DNA of 64,000 nucleotides from an uncultured Methanomicrobiales archaeon (GCA_963697895.1 OY969100.1:160001-224000); one strand, 5' to 3'; shown: positions 31,118 through 41,245, counted from the first letter of the stretch. Made by a program: numbers and translations. Notes: a model not told the origin generated them from the letters alone.

Positions 31118-32052
31118 CCGGAGAAACGCTCCAGGTCTTCTTCCTCGGCACCGCGGGGGCGCTTCCCACCCCGTCACGGAATCCCCCGTGCATCATGGTG
31201 AAGCGGGGACCGGACACCCTGCTCTTTGACTGCGGCGAAGGGGCGCAGCAGCAGATGATGCGGGCGAGGACGGGTTTCCTGGTCGATGCGATCTTCATCA
31301 CGCACTGGCATGCGGACCATTTTCTCGGGATCATCGGCCTGCTCCAGACCCTCTCGTTCACGGGAAGGAAAGACCCGCTCCCGATATACGGCCCTGCATG
31401 GGTGCACGAGTGCGTCTCGGCGATCCGGCAGATCTGCCGGTTCAACCTGAAATTTCTCCTCACCTCGATCGAGATGGAGCATGGTTCGGCGGTCCGGTTC
31501 AACGGCTACACGGTGACGGCATTCTCGACCGACCACGGGCTCGCCGGGGTCGGGTACATCCTCGCCGAAGACCCCCGGCCGGGGAGGTTCGACCGGGAGC
31601 GTGCGGTCGAGCTCGGGGTGCCGCCCGGTCCGCTCTTCGGGCGGCTCCAGCGGGGGGAAACGGTCTGCATTGGGCGGGATGGCCAGGCAGTGGATATCCT
31701 GCCCGGGCAGGTGATGGGACCGCCCCGGCCGGGGAGGATGATCGTGTATACCGGGGATACCCGCCCGGTCCATTCGCGGATCCGGGACCTGGCGGAGCGG
31801 CCCGATCTCCTGATCCATGACGCGACGTACGATGACGAGGCGGGAGACCGGGCGCGTGAGGTCTTTCATTCCACGGCCGGCGAGGCGGGGGAAGCCGCGA
31901 CGGTCCTCGGGGCGGGCACGCTTGCACTCGTGCATCTCAGTTCGCGGTACACCACGCAGGCAGGCCATATCCGGGATGCCGGTAAACGGTTCAGCGGGGC
32001 CGTGCTCGTGCCGTCCGACCTCGAGATGGTCGAGATCCCCTTCCGGGACTGA
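31105..32052 (+). CDS. rnz: Ribonuclease Z
   Basis: FLGTAG...P...RN, DCGEG, THWHADH, GVPPGP exosite, YTGDT, HDATY, HST, HLSSRY. Confidence 0.95.
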   Translation: MVCIAGETLQVFFLGTAGALPTPSRNPPCIMVKRGPDTLLFDCGEGAQQQMMRARTGFLVDAIFITHWHADHFLGIIGLLQTLSFTGRKDPLPIYGPAWVHECVSAIRQICRFNLKFLLTSIEMEHGSAVRFNGYTVTAFSTDHGLAGVGYILAEDPRPGRFDRERAVELGVPPGPLFGRLQRGETVCIGRDGQAVDILPGQVMGPPRPGRMIVYTGDTRPVHSRIRDLAERPDLLIHDATYDDEAGDRAREVFHSTAGEAGEAATVLGAGTLALVHLSSRYTTQAGHIRDAGKRFSGAVLVPSDLEMVEIPFRD

Positions 32053-32283
32053 TCGCCGGCGCATCCCGGGAGAGCATCCCGGTGAATCATCCTGCGACGC
32101 CCCGAATAACTGCAGCACCCCATGATCATGTTCCGGGGAATCACCCTCCGCGGGCATACCGCCGAATAACTGCTGCAGGATACGAACAGGAAGATTAACC
32201 CGTCCTTAAAACACAGTACATCACGACAGGATGCGGCCGCTGCAGGGTTCGGGGGCGGTCGCACCCGATACGGAGTTCACTAC

Positions 32284-34125
32284 ATGGAAAATGATACCAA
32301 TACAACCGTTTATCGCCTGGGGCCGAGCTGCGACCTCAACGACGTGGAGCAGGGGAAGATCTATATCGGCCGGGTGCAGGGGTTCGCAAACTTCGGGGCG
32401 TTCGTCCAGCTGAACGACCGGGTCAAGGGGCTTGTCCACAAGAGCAACATCCGGACCCAGCTGAAGGAACGGGAGAACGTCCTCGTCAAGGTCCGGATGA
32501 TACGGCCGAACGGGAATATCGATCTCGAGGAGGTGCTCATCCCGGTGTACACCACCGAGATGGTGGAGAAGAAGTCCGCTGCGGTCCGGCTCTCGGACCT
32601 CCGGAGCAGGATCGGGAGAGTCGTCCGGATCGAGGGAGAGATCGCCCAGATCAAACAGACGAGCGGGCCGACGATCTTCACCCTCGTCGACGAGTCGGGG
32701 ACCGAGAATGCGGCTGCGTTCGTGGAGGCAGGGGTCCGGGCGTACCCGGAGGCAGAGCTCGGGGACATCGTCCGGATCTTTGGAGAGGTGATGCAGCGGA
32801 ACAACCAGATGCAGGTGGAGGTGGAGAGCCTCTCGATCCTGACCGGCGAGGATGCGGAGCAGGTACGGGACCGGATCGAAAAGGCCCTCGAGATACGGTC
32901 CGAACCGGAAGACATCCCCTTCCTGATCGAGAGCGAAACGCTCTCCCGCCTCAGGCCGGAGATGAAAAAGATCGCCCGGATCATCCGGAAGGCGGTCTTC
33001 ACCGCACAGCCGATCATCCTCCGGCATCATGCGGATGCCGACGGCATCTGTTCTGCGGTCGCGATCGAACAGGCGGTCACGTCGCTCATCCGGGAGTCGG
33101 GAGGGGATTATGACGCGGATTATTTTCTCTTCAAGCGGAGCCCCTCGAAGGCGCCCTTCTACGAGATCGAGGACATCACCCGTGACCTTGACTTTTCCTT
33201 AAAAGATCACATCCGTTTCGGCCAGAAAATGCCCCTGATCCTTCTTACCGACAACGGTTCGACCGAGGAGGATCTCCCCGCGTACAAGATGGCCCAGGTC
33301 TACGGACTCCCGATCGTCGTGATCGACCACCACCACCCGGACGAGATCGTGGACCGGTACGTGATCGCCCATGTGAACCCTTATCACGTGGGCGGGGACT
33401 TCGGCCTCACCTCCGGGATGCTCGGGACCGAAGTGGCCCGGATGATCAACCCGGCGATCGGCGATCTGATCCGTCACCTTCCTGCGGTCGCCGGGGTCGG
33501 AGACCGGAGCGAGGCGCCCGAGTGCCCCCGGTACCTCGCGCTCGCGGCGGACCGGTACAGCGAACAGCAGTGCCGGGATATCGCCCTCTCCCTCGACTAC
33601 GAACAGTTCTGGCTCCGGTTCAATGACGGCCGCGAGATAGTGAAGGACATCCTGAACCTGACCGGAAACCCGGAACGTCATACCCGGCTGATCGCGACCC
33701 TCGTCGAGGGGGCCAATGCGGCGATCGAGGACCAGATGAGCGCCAGCCTGCCCCATGTGCGGAAGGAATCCCTGAAAAACGGCGCCCTTTTATTCCTCCT
33801 CGACGTGGAGATCCATGCCCACAAGTTCACCTTTCCACCCCCGGGCAAGACGTCGGGGGAGGTGCACGACCGGCTCTGCAGGGAGAATGCCGGCACCCCG
33901 GTCGTCACGATCGGGTTCGGCCCCGACTTCGCGGTCCTCCGCTCCCGGGGGGTCATGATGAACATCCCCCAGATGGTCCGCGAGCTCCGGGACGAGATCC
34001 CGGGCGGAGGGATCAGTGGCGGTGGTCACCTCGTCGTCGGGAGCATCAAGTTCGTCGAGGGGATGCGGGACGAGGTGCTGCAGGGGCTGATCGCAAAGAT
34101 CTCCCGGGCACCGGCGGGTTCTTAA
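32284..34125 (+). CDS. RecJ-like DHH phosphoesterase with S1 and OB-fold domains
   Basis: S1 (FGAFVQL...GLVH), OB (QTSGPTIF), HHADADG, DNGST, DHH, GGGH. Confidence 0.9.
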   Translation: MENDTNTTVYRLGPSCDLNDVEQGKIYIGRVQGFANFGAFVQLNDRVKGLVHKSNIRTQLKERENVLVKVRMIRPNGNIDLEEVLIPVYTTEMVEKKSAAVRLSDLRSRIGRVVRIEGEIAQIKQTSGPTIFTLVDESGTENAAAFVEAGVRAYPEAELGDIVRIFGEVMQRNNQMQVEVESLSILTGEDAEQVRDRIEKALEIRSEPEDIPFLIESETLSRLRPEMKKIARIIRKAVFTAQPIILRHHADADGICSAVAIEQAVTSLIRESGGDYDADYFLFKRSPSKAPFYEIEDITRDLDFSLKDHIRFGQKMPLILLTDNGSTEEDLPAYKMAQVYGLPIVVIDHHHPDEIVDRYVIAHVNPYHVGGDFGLTSGMLGTEVARMINPAIGDLIRHLPAVAGVGDRSEAPECPRYLALAADRYSEQQCRDIALSLDYEQFWLRFNDGREIVKDILNLTGNPERHTRLIATLVEGANAAIEDQMSASLPHVRKESLKNGALLFLLDVEIHAHKFTFPPPGKTSGEVHDRLCRENAGTPVVTIGFGPDFAVLRSRGVMMNIPQMVRELRDEIPGGGISGGGHLVVGSIKFVEGMRDEVLQGLIAKISRAPAGS

Positions 34126-34224
34126 AAATCCCCCCGGGGATACTCTCACCCTTGGGAAATTGGTGAATTTTTCCGTCCGATCATCAAAATAGCCGGAAAT
34201 AACGCGCTATGTAAGACAAATATG

Positions 34225-34232
34225 TTTATATA
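34225..34232 (+). promoter_or_regulatory. Putative TATA box
   Basis: TTTATATA ~50 bp upstream of ATG 34280. Confidence 0.55.
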
Positions 34233-34279
34233 GCGGCGATTGGATACCAGATCCTCAACATTGCTTGGGTGAAGATCAC

Positions 34280-34531
34280 ATGACAGCAACACGCAGATTA
34301 CGTGATAAATACAACGAGACCCAGCACCGCATAATCCTGTATCTCGATTCAGGCCTGAAGAAGGGAAAGCACTACTTCAAGTCCAAATATATCGCAAAGG
34401 AGCTCGGCCTCTCGGCAAAGGAGGTAGGCACCAATATGGCGATCCTCGCCGAGATATGCCAGGAGCTCGCGATCATCAAGTGGAGCTATTCCAACAGTAC
34501 GACCTGGATGGTGACGCCGAAGGCGGCGTAA
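34280..34531 (+). CDS. Small winged-helix DNA-binding protein (conserved euryarchaeal)
   Basis: YFKSKYIAKELGLSAKEVG...KWSYSNSTTW; GGTGA RBS. Confidence 0.8.
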   Translation: MTATRRLRDKYNETQHRIILYLDSGLKKGKHYFKSKYIAKELGLSAKEVGTNMAILAEICQELAIIKWSYSNSTTWMVTPKAA

Positions 34532-34540
34532 GGAGGGTGC

Positions 34541-34726
34541 ATGGGAGACAAGATCGAGTTCATCTCTACGCTCGAATTCATCGGGAACGTGAATGCGGTG
34601 AAGGACTGCCTCATGTCCCAGGAGAAGACGGAGGATCCGAAGGTCCTCTGGTTCAACATCGATGTGCCGAAGGGTCATGAGCTCAAGCCCGGGGACCGCG
34701 TCCGGGTTACCGTGGAAAAACTGTAG
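34541..34726 (+). CDS. Small hypothetical protein (61 aa)
   Basis: Strong AGGAGGG RBS, host-like codon usage, LKPGDRVRVTVEK beta-barrel-like tail. Confidence 0.65.
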   Translation: MGDKIEFISTLEFIGNVNAVKDCLMSQEKTEDPKVLWFNIDVPKGHELKPGDRVRVTVEKL

Positions 34727-35147
34727 GGAATCAATACCCCGTAGACTTTTACGGACCGCAATTCCGGGGATTCGTGCACCGGAGGGGATGGTTTGCCGGG
34801 GATGAAAGAGGCACGAAGGAGATCGGGTTTTATTTCTTCGGATACCGCGTGGGCTTGTCTGCTCACTCGGGAAATGATTCCTCAGGTCCCCTGGTCAGCT
34901 CCCCTTTCTGATATTGCAATAGCGTGCGGTTACCGGTGACCATTACGAGGTTTTTCCCTCTCTGATCCGGTTTCCCACTGAATCCACCTGCAGATAGTGA
35001 CATGGTGCGGGTCTGGGATTCGTGACGTTCATGTTTTGTTCTCCGGTACCTTCCCGATTCTTCATGCGGATGGCACACTCTGAGTGGTTACGAATATTCT
35101 CTGAAAGGAACCCGTTCTCCTTCCCGATCCCCTTGAGCCACTTTCCT

Positions 35148-35807
35148 TCAGGTGTCCGTTGGAGGAGCGTCAAGAATGAGGTCCCCCGCTCCGGATGCGA
35201 TGCAGCCCCGGATCTCAGAAAGACGCCGCTCGTCCCGGTCCAGCTCCTCTCTCATCCGGGTGATCGTGCGGGAGGGTTCCCTTCCCTTCCGGCGGGAAGC
35301 CGGATCTGCCTGTTCCAATAGGAAGATCAGGCGGCGGTTCCCGATCACGCGTCGGGAAAGTTCCCTGTACTCCGTTATTGTCCCGTCCGGGAGACCGGCC
35401 GCGGACGCATCGCGAAGTTCCTCCTCGATCTGCCGGGTTCGTGCGAAAAAGTCCCCGATCGCCCCGAGGAGATCGCGATGGGTGATCGGCTTCTGGAGGA
35501 AGTCTTCGATCCAGCTTCCGTACTCCTCCGCCTCCCCCGGGGTCAGGTCCTTTGCGGTGATCATCATCACCGGGATTGTGGCGGTCCGGGGATCTGCCTT
35601 GATCCGGACGAGGGTCTCCCAGCCGTCCGGCGGTTCCATCATGATGTCGAGGAGGATCAGGTCCGGCCGGATCCCTTTCTCCAGGATATCCAGGCATTCT
35701 CTCCCGCCTGATGCGGATATCGTCCGATAATTGCCTTTTCCGAGCATGGCCGAGAAGATGTCGATGATGAACGGGCTGTCATCGACGATGAGGATCGTGT
35801 ACATCAT
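35148..35807 (-). CDS. Response regulator receiver protein with C-terminal helical domain
   Basis: ILIVDD, PDLILLDIMM, ITAK, KP. Confidence 0.9.
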   Translation of the reverse strand: MMYTILIVDDSPFIIDIFSAMLGKGNYRTISASGGRECLDILEKGIRPDLILLDIMMEPPDGWETLVRIKADPRTATIPVMMITAKDLTPGEAEEYGSWIEDFLQKPITHRDLLGAIGDFFARTRQIEEELRDASAAGLPDGTITEYRELSRRVIGNRRLIFLLEQADPASRRKGREPSRTITRMREELDRDERRLSEIRGCIASGAGDLILDAPPTDT

Positions 35808-36068
35808 GAACCCCCGGTTCCTGGTTTACCGTCCTGGACGGAAGATCGGGAATCCTGTCTGGGGATTCCCTCCAACCCTCCGGATATGGGACGCAACCAT
35901 CAGATATGCCACCCATCTCTTTATAGCTTGCAGGTTTGCACCCGATCCACCGTGAAGAGCCTCCATGACCCGGCCGGTCCCTGCCCTCCCGGAGGATCCT
36001 CTCAAACCCTGCCCGGTACAGGAAGATCAGGAGACGAAATCCGGATCCGAACCTCCGGTACTTACCTA

Positions 36069-36074
36069 TTATAA
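36069..36074 (+). promoter_or_regulatory. Putative TATA box of tRNA-Pro
   Basis: TTATAA ~30 bp upstream of the tRNA 5' end. Confidence 0.5.
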
Positions 36075-36100
36075 GGGATATGGACGAACCGTATAAGAGC

Positions 36101-36174
36101 GGGGCCATAGGGTAGCCTGGCCATCCTAGGAGACTGGGGGTCTTCTGACCCGCGTTCAAATCGCGGTGGCCCCA
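36101..36174 (+). tRNA. tRNA-Pro(GGG)
   Basis: Acceptor GGGGCCA/TGGCCCC + A, anticodon arm GGAGA-CTGGGGG-TCTTC, T-arm CCGCG-TTCAAAT-CGCGG. Confidence 0.95.
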
Positions 36175-36209
36175 TTCCATTCATGAGGTCTCCCCCTCCG
36201 GTGCCCGAG

Positions 36210-37064
36210 ATGAAATTTGATACCCGTTGTTTTGACTGCCTGCTCTCCCGAGTCGCCCTCGAGTGCCAGCTCTGCGGGGCGGATCCGCGGCAGAGCGAAG
36301 AGACCCTGCAGGCATGTGCCGCACTCCTCGATACCCTGAAGGCCGGGCCGCTCCTGCACCCGCAGATCGCCAGTGCCATGCACCGGAAGGCGTATGCTCT
36401 CCTCGGAGACCGGGACCCGTTCGCCGCGCTCAAGGAAGCGGGCAACCGGGAGGCGATCGCGGTCTGCCGGCAGGTGCGGCCGATGCTCACCGGATTCCGG
36501 GACTACTGCATCGCGAGCATCATCGGGAATACCTACGACTACGGGGTGAAGTCCCACACGGTGGAGAAGGACTTCCTCGCATTCTTCCGCGAGGCCTTCT
36601 CCGCCGGGCTGGCGATCGACGATACGGCCCGCATACAGAAGAAGATCGCACGGGTTGTTTATTTCACGGATAACTGCGGGGAGATCGTCTTCGACCGGCT
36701 GCTCCTCGAGGATCTCCATCGTCGTGGCTCCCGGATCACCCTGGTCGTCCGGGACGAGCCGATCCTCAACGATGCGACGATGAAGGAGGCACGGGAGCTC
36801 CGGCTCGAACGGTTCGTCGATACCCTTGCAACGACCGGATGCGGCTGCGAGCTCGGGGTACGGCTGGAATGCCTCTCCCCGGAGGTATCCCGTGCCCTTC
36901 GCGACTGCACGCTCGTCATCTCCAAGGGGATGGCGAATTACGAGTCTCTCTCCGAATTTTCGGGTCTGCCCCCGGTCGCCTACCTGATGGCGGTCAAATG
37001 CGACCCGATCGCGGAGGCGGTCGGTGTGCCCCGGGGTTCCCGGATCGCGATGCTGCAGGAATAA
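36210..37064 (+). CDS. Damage-control phosphatase, ARMT1/DUF89 family
   Basis: CFDC, DPF..LK, GNTYDYG, DNCGEIVFD, PILNDAT, SKGMANYE, KC; start ATG 36210. Confidence 0.92.
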   Translation: MKFDTRCFDCLLSRVALECQLCGADPRQSEETLQACAALLDTLKAGPLLHPQIASAMHRKAYALLGDRDPFAALKEAGNREAIAVCRQVRPMLTGFRDYCIASIIGNTYDYGVKSHTVEKDFLAFFREAFSAGLAIDDTARIQKKIARVVYFTDNCGEIVFDRLLLEDLHRRGSRITLVVRDEPILNDATMKEARELRLERFVDTLATTGCGCELGVRLECLSPEVSRALRDCTLVISKGMANYESLSEFSGLPPVAYLMAVKCDPIAEAVGVPRGSRIAMLQE

Positions 37065-37495
37065 ACCAGAGAAGAACCGATCGTTGTGCAGGAATAAATC
37101 AGGGGAGAAACGGATCATTCCTGCAAAAATGAACCAGGGAAGAACCGATCGTTGTGCAGGAATAAATCAGGGGAGAAACGGATCATTCCTGCAAAAATGA
37201 ACCAGGGAAGAACCGATCGTTGTGCAGGAATAAATGGGAAGGAATAGATCGTTCCCGGTTCACGATTCTTCAGGAATGAACCGGGGAAAAACCGATCATT
37301 CCGGATCGCGATGCTGCGGGAATGAACCGGGGAAAAACCGATCTTTCCGGATCGCGTTGCTGCGGGAATGAACAGGGGAAGACCCGATCGTTCCGGATCG
37401 CGTTGCTGCGGGAATGAACCGGGGAAAAACCGATCATTCCGGATCGCGATGCTGCAGGAATGAATCGTTCCCGGTTTACGGCGCTGCAGGAATAA
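37037..37495. repeat. Compound tandem array (68 bp period, then 46 bp x4) derived from the DUF89 3' end
   Basis: ACCGATCGTTGTGC at 37076/37144/37212; TTCCGGATCGCG at 37299/37345/37391/37437. Confidence 0.92.
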
Positions 37496-37551
37496 CACAA
37501 GGCTTACGGGAGGTGGCGTCCCCGGCAGACGCGCAACCGACCCGAAATCAA

Positions 37552-37605
37552 ATGTTATAAATATCCCCGGGTTATACAAAATAAATTGTATTAAAACAAA
37601 ATAAG
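37552..37605 (+). promoter_or_regulatory. AT-rich promoter region of the cbi operon
   Basis: TTATAAAT and TTATACAAAATAAATTGTATTAA (imperfect ATACAA-N6-TTGTAT dyad) upstream of cbiM. Confidence 0.5.
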
Positions 37606-37619
37606 TTGAGGTATTCAAT

Positions 37620-38312
37620 ATGCACATCATGGAAGGATTCCTGCCGCTCTCCTGGGCGGTTTTCTGGTGGATCATCGCCCTGCCCTGCCTGATATTCGGC
37701 ATCTACCGGCTGAAGAAAGTCCTGGATGCTGACCGCGAGGCGCTCCCGCTCCTCGGGGTGACGGGGGGGTTCATCTTCATCCTCTCCTCCCTGAAACTCC
37801 CGTCGGTCACCGGCAGCAGTTCGCACCCGACGGGGACGGGCCTGACCGCCGTCTGTTTCGGGCCCTGGATCACGACGGTGATCGCGGCGATCGTGCTCCT
37901 TTTCCAGGCCCTCTTTCTCGCCCATGGCGGGCTCTCGACCCTCGGGGCCAATCTCGTCTCGATGGGGATCGCCGGCCCGCTGGTCGGGTGGGGGATCTAC
38001 CGGGCGCTCCGGGATACCCGGGTCAATATGTACCTGACCGTTTTTCTCGCCTGTGCGTTCGCAGACCTGTTCACCTACGTGGTCACCTCGCTGGAACTGG
38101 CGCTCGCATTCCCGGCGGCAGTGGGCGGGGTAGGGAGCTCGTTCCTCCTGTTCATGGGCATCTTTGCGATAACCCAGGTACCCCTGGCGATCGTCGAGGG
38201 GGTCGTCCTCGCCCTGGTCTTCAAGTACATCGTCCAGCTCAAACCCGATATCCTTCTCCGTCTGCACGTCTTTCCGGAGGAGAAGATCCGGTCCGCCCGG
38301 GGGGAGGACTGA
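37620..38312 (+). CDS. cbiM: Cobalt ECF transporter substrate component CbiM
   Basis: MHIMEGFLP N-terminus, TGSSSHPTG, AHGGLSTLGAN, TQVPLAIVEG. Confidence 0.97.
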   Translation: MHIMEGFLPLSWAVFWWIIALPCLIFGIYRLKKVLDADREALPLLGVTGGFIFILSSLKLPSVTGSSSHPTGTGLTAVCFGPWITTVIAAIVLLFQALFLAHGGLSTLGANLVSMGIAGPLVGWGIYRALRDTRVNMYLTVFLACAFADLFTYVVTSLELALAFPAAVGGVGSSFLLFMGIFAITQVPLAIVEGVVLALVFKYIVQLKPDILLRLHVFPEEKIRSARGED

Positions 38313-38626
38313 TGGCGTTCCGGTTCCGGCTGGAGATCCTTGCGATCGTCGCCGTCCTGGTGTTCGCGGGGATGTTCCTGTACACGAGTTCGATCGCCGG
38401 CAGCGGGGAGTTCTCCGGGTCGGACGATAAAGGGTCGGAGCAGGTCGCGAATATCACGGGAGTACCCGCGGAGGAGGTCCATCCCCTGATCCCGCAGTGG
38501 ATCCCTCCCGGGGCGGAGGTGGAATCCGCCTTGTTTGCGCTCCAGGCGGCGGCAGGCGGGATCATCGTCGGCTGGGTCTTCGGGTACTGGAAAGGTTTGA
38601 AAACGAAGGAGACCAAGAATAAATGA
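38312..38626 (+). CDS. cbiN: Cobalt transport protein CbiN
   Basis: FSGSDD, PPGAEVESALFALQAA; GGAGG RBS; TGATG overlap with cbiM. Confidence 0.92.
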   Translation: MAFRFRLEILAIVAVLVFAGMFLYTSSIAGSGEFSGSDDKGSEQVANITGVPAEEVHPLIPQWIPPGAEVESALFALQAAAGGIIVGWVFGYWKGLKTKETKNK

Positions 38627-38636
38627 GATTTCAGCC

Positions 38637-39426
38637 ATGTACGACGAACTCCTCGAGGACATCGCCCAGACGAACGGTCTCCGGGAAGTCAATACATACC
38701 TGAAACTGGCAGCGGGGCTCTGGGGGATCCTCCTCGTCCTCCTCTCTTCCAGTTACATCGCACCCCTTTCGATCGCCCTCCTCTTTACCGGGGCGATCCT
38801 TCTCCTCGCCCGGATAGACGGATGGACGTATGCGAAGCTCTTCATCGTGCCCTTCTGGTTTGCGGTCATGAGTGTCGCCGTCATCATCCTGCTTTCGGGG
38901 GGCAGCACGGTCTACTGGAGCTGGAGCCCGGCATCCTGGCTCTCGTTCTCGCTCACGGCAGAGAGCATCAACCAGGGAATTTTTGTGTTCTGCCGGGTTA
39001 TCGGAGGCATGTCGGCGCTTATCTTTATCGCCCTCACGACCCCGATGACGGATCTATTCGTGGTGATGCGCCGGGCCCGGATCCCGGAAGCCGTGCTGGA
39101 TCTCGCGATGATCATCTACCGGAGCATCTTTTCGATCATGGACCAGCTCGTGCAGACGTACCAGGCCCAGGTGATGCGATCCGGATATACCTCGTTCCGG
39201 GAATCGGTGCAATCCTTTTCTTCCCTCTGCGGCTCAGTATTTATCAGCGAGCTGGGAAGAAGGGGAGGATCTCATCCGGGCGATGGATGCACGCTGTTAC
39301 GCGGGAAAGTTTGCGATACTGGGGGAAAACCGCCCGGTGGAGCGTGTACCCCTCCTCGTGGTGGTGACATTCATCGCGCTGTCGTCCGCCATCGTGATCC
39401 TCACCGGAAATATAAGACTGATGTAG
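38637..39426 (+). CDS. cbiQ: Cobalt ECF transporter T component CbiQ (apparent +1 frameshift near 39247)
   Basis: LTTPM, IYRSIF, AQVMRSGY; removing one base restores FIASWEEGEDLIRAMDARCY to TAG 39426. Confidence 0.9.
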
Positions 39427-39438
39427 GGCAGAAATTCC

Positions 39439-40674
39439 ATGAGCAGCATCATCCTCGAGGCACGGGAGATCCGGTATCGCTACCCGCGGGGACCGGAGGC
39501 GCTCCAGGGGATCAGCTTTCATATCCGGAAAGGAGAGAAGATCGCCCTTGTCGGCCCGAACGGGGCCGGAAAATCGACGCTCATGCTGATGTTCAACGGC
39601 ATGATCCGCCCCGATTCCGGGGTCCTCCTCTTCGACAACGCGGAGGTCCGGTACGACAAGGCGTCGCTCCGGATGCTCCGGAAACGGGTCGGGTTCGTCC
39701 TCCAGAACCCGGACCGGCAGATCATCGCGCCGACGGTGTACCAGGACGTCGCATTCGGGCCGACGAACCTCGGGTACACGGGAGAGGAGATCTCCCGTGC
39801 GGTGGCAGGAGCGCTCGGCCAGGTCGGGCTCGGGGGGTTCGAACGGCGTCCCCCGCACCAGCTCTCCGGCGGGGAGAAGAAACGGGTGGCGATCGCCGGG
39901 GTGCTTGCGATGAACCCCGACCTGCTCGTGCTGGACGAACCGACGAGCGGCCTCGACCCTTCCGGGTCGGAGGATATCATGGAACTCCTCGACGAACTCA
40001 ATCACCAGGGAAAGACGATCATCATCGCCACGCACGACATCGAGCTCGCCTATCCCTGGGCCGACCGGGCGATCCTCCTCTTAAAAGGCAGGATCCTCCA
40101 GGAGGACGTCCCGGACGTGGCCTTCGGCAGGCAGGAGTATGTCCGGCTGGCCCGGCTTTCGGTCCCGATCCTCCTCGACCTCTACTTCGAACTCGTAAAA
40201 CGGGGTTTTCCCGTTCCCGAAAGAAAGCCGCGGACGGTCCTCGACATGCTGAACGTGATCGACCGGGCATTTCAGAACCGTCCCTGTTACACCGAGCCCG
40301 GGACGATCAGCGTCATCGATGTCGATTCTTCCCCGGAGGGTCCCCTTCCGGCATGGCTCGCGGCGCATCCGGGGGGGACGGTGGGTGCGATGGGGACCCG
40401 GGCGAAACAGCGTGCCGCGGACCGGGAGGTCGTCCTCGATTTCACCTACGGGGTGATCGACAAGTGTATCCTGAAGGCCCTGCTCGGCGAAGACGCCCTC
40501 ATCCTCACGACGGAGAGCATGGTCCACCGGGTCTTCGACCGGGTCGGGGAGTTTTCGCGGGAGAACGGCCTCTCTATCCCGGTGAAACTTCTCGGCGGAT
40601 CGACGGGGAATGAATCCGCCGAAAATAAGCAGGATCCGGAATCGGCCGATCCGGTCGGGGGTTATCCACATTGA
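39439..40674 (+). CDS. cbiO: Cobalt ECF transporter ATPase CbiO with C-terminal extension
   Basis: GPNGAGKST, QNPD, LSGGEKKR, LDEPT, THD. Confidence 0.93.
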   Translation: MSSIILEAREIRYRYPRGPEALQGISFHIRKGEKIALVGPNGAGKSTLMLMFNGMIRPDSGVLLFDNAEVRYDKASLRMLRKRVGFVLQNPDRQIIAPTVYQDVAFGPTNLGYTGEEISRAVAGALGQVGLGGFERRPPHQLSGGEKKRVAIAGVLAMNPDLLVLDEPTSGLDPSGSEDIMELLDELNHQGKTIIIATHDIELAYPWADRAILLLKGRILQEDVPDVAFGRQEYVRLARLSVPILLDLYFELVKRGFPVPERKPRTVLDMLNVIDRAFQNRPCYTEPGTISVIDVDSSPEGPLPAWLAAHPGGTVGAMGTRAKQRAADREVVLDFTYGVIDKCILKALLGEDALILTTESMVHRVFDRVGEFSRENGLSIPVKLLGGSTGNESAENKQDPESADPVGGYPH

Positions 40675-41245
40675 AATACCGGGAAGTCGATGTACCTGAA
40701 GAGACCATGACGGTGCATTCTGCCGGAGGCGAGACCGCGGACGAGGTGCTGGCGATCGACCTCTGGAAGCTCGGACTGCGGCCGGAGGACCATGTCGTCG
40801 AGATCGGGTGCGGGAGCGGAAAGGTAACGATCGCGCTCGCGAACCGGGTCCGGGCGGTATCCGCGGTAGACCGTAATCCGGATGCGATCCGGGCCGCGAA
40901 GAACCGGAGCGATGAGGCCCGGGTGGGGAATATCACGTTTTTCCCGGAGCATGGCGTGGATTTTCTCGTGCGGCACGACGGGTTCGACTGCGCCTTCATC
41001 GGGGGATCGCACCGGCTGGCGGAGGTCCTGCCGCTCCTTGCGGAACGGGTGGACCGGACGATCGTGGTGAATGCCGTGCTCCTCTCGACCCTCCATACGG
41101 CCATCGCCGGGATGCGGCGGCTCGGCATCTTCCGCGAGGCGATCCAGGTACAGGTAGGGAGAAGCCATCCGATTGCCGGGGACTTCATGTGGAAGCCGAT
41201 CGATCCCGTGTACATCGTCGTGGGGGGGGGAGCGGATGCTCGTAG
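40671..41245 (+). CDS. cbiT: Cobalt-precorrin-6B C15-methyltransferase CbiT (frame slips at G9 run 41222-41230)
   Basis: EIGCGSG SAM motif, FIGGS, IVVNAV, PIDPVYIV; expected stop TAG 41243-41245 overlapping the cbiL start. Confidence 0.85.

Noticed and set aside
34730-35147. Small ORFs downstream of the response regulator
   Set aside because: Atypical codon usage, no motifs and overlapping alternatives; treated as non-coding or decayed.
37495-37619. Cobalamin riboswitch upstream of cbiM
   Set aside because: Too short and AT-rich with no B12-box; the region further upstream is explained by the DUF89-derived array.
38637-40613. 658-aa CbiQ fusion ORF
   Set aside because: Product of the +1 frameshift near 39247; the tail is an off-frame reading of cbiO.
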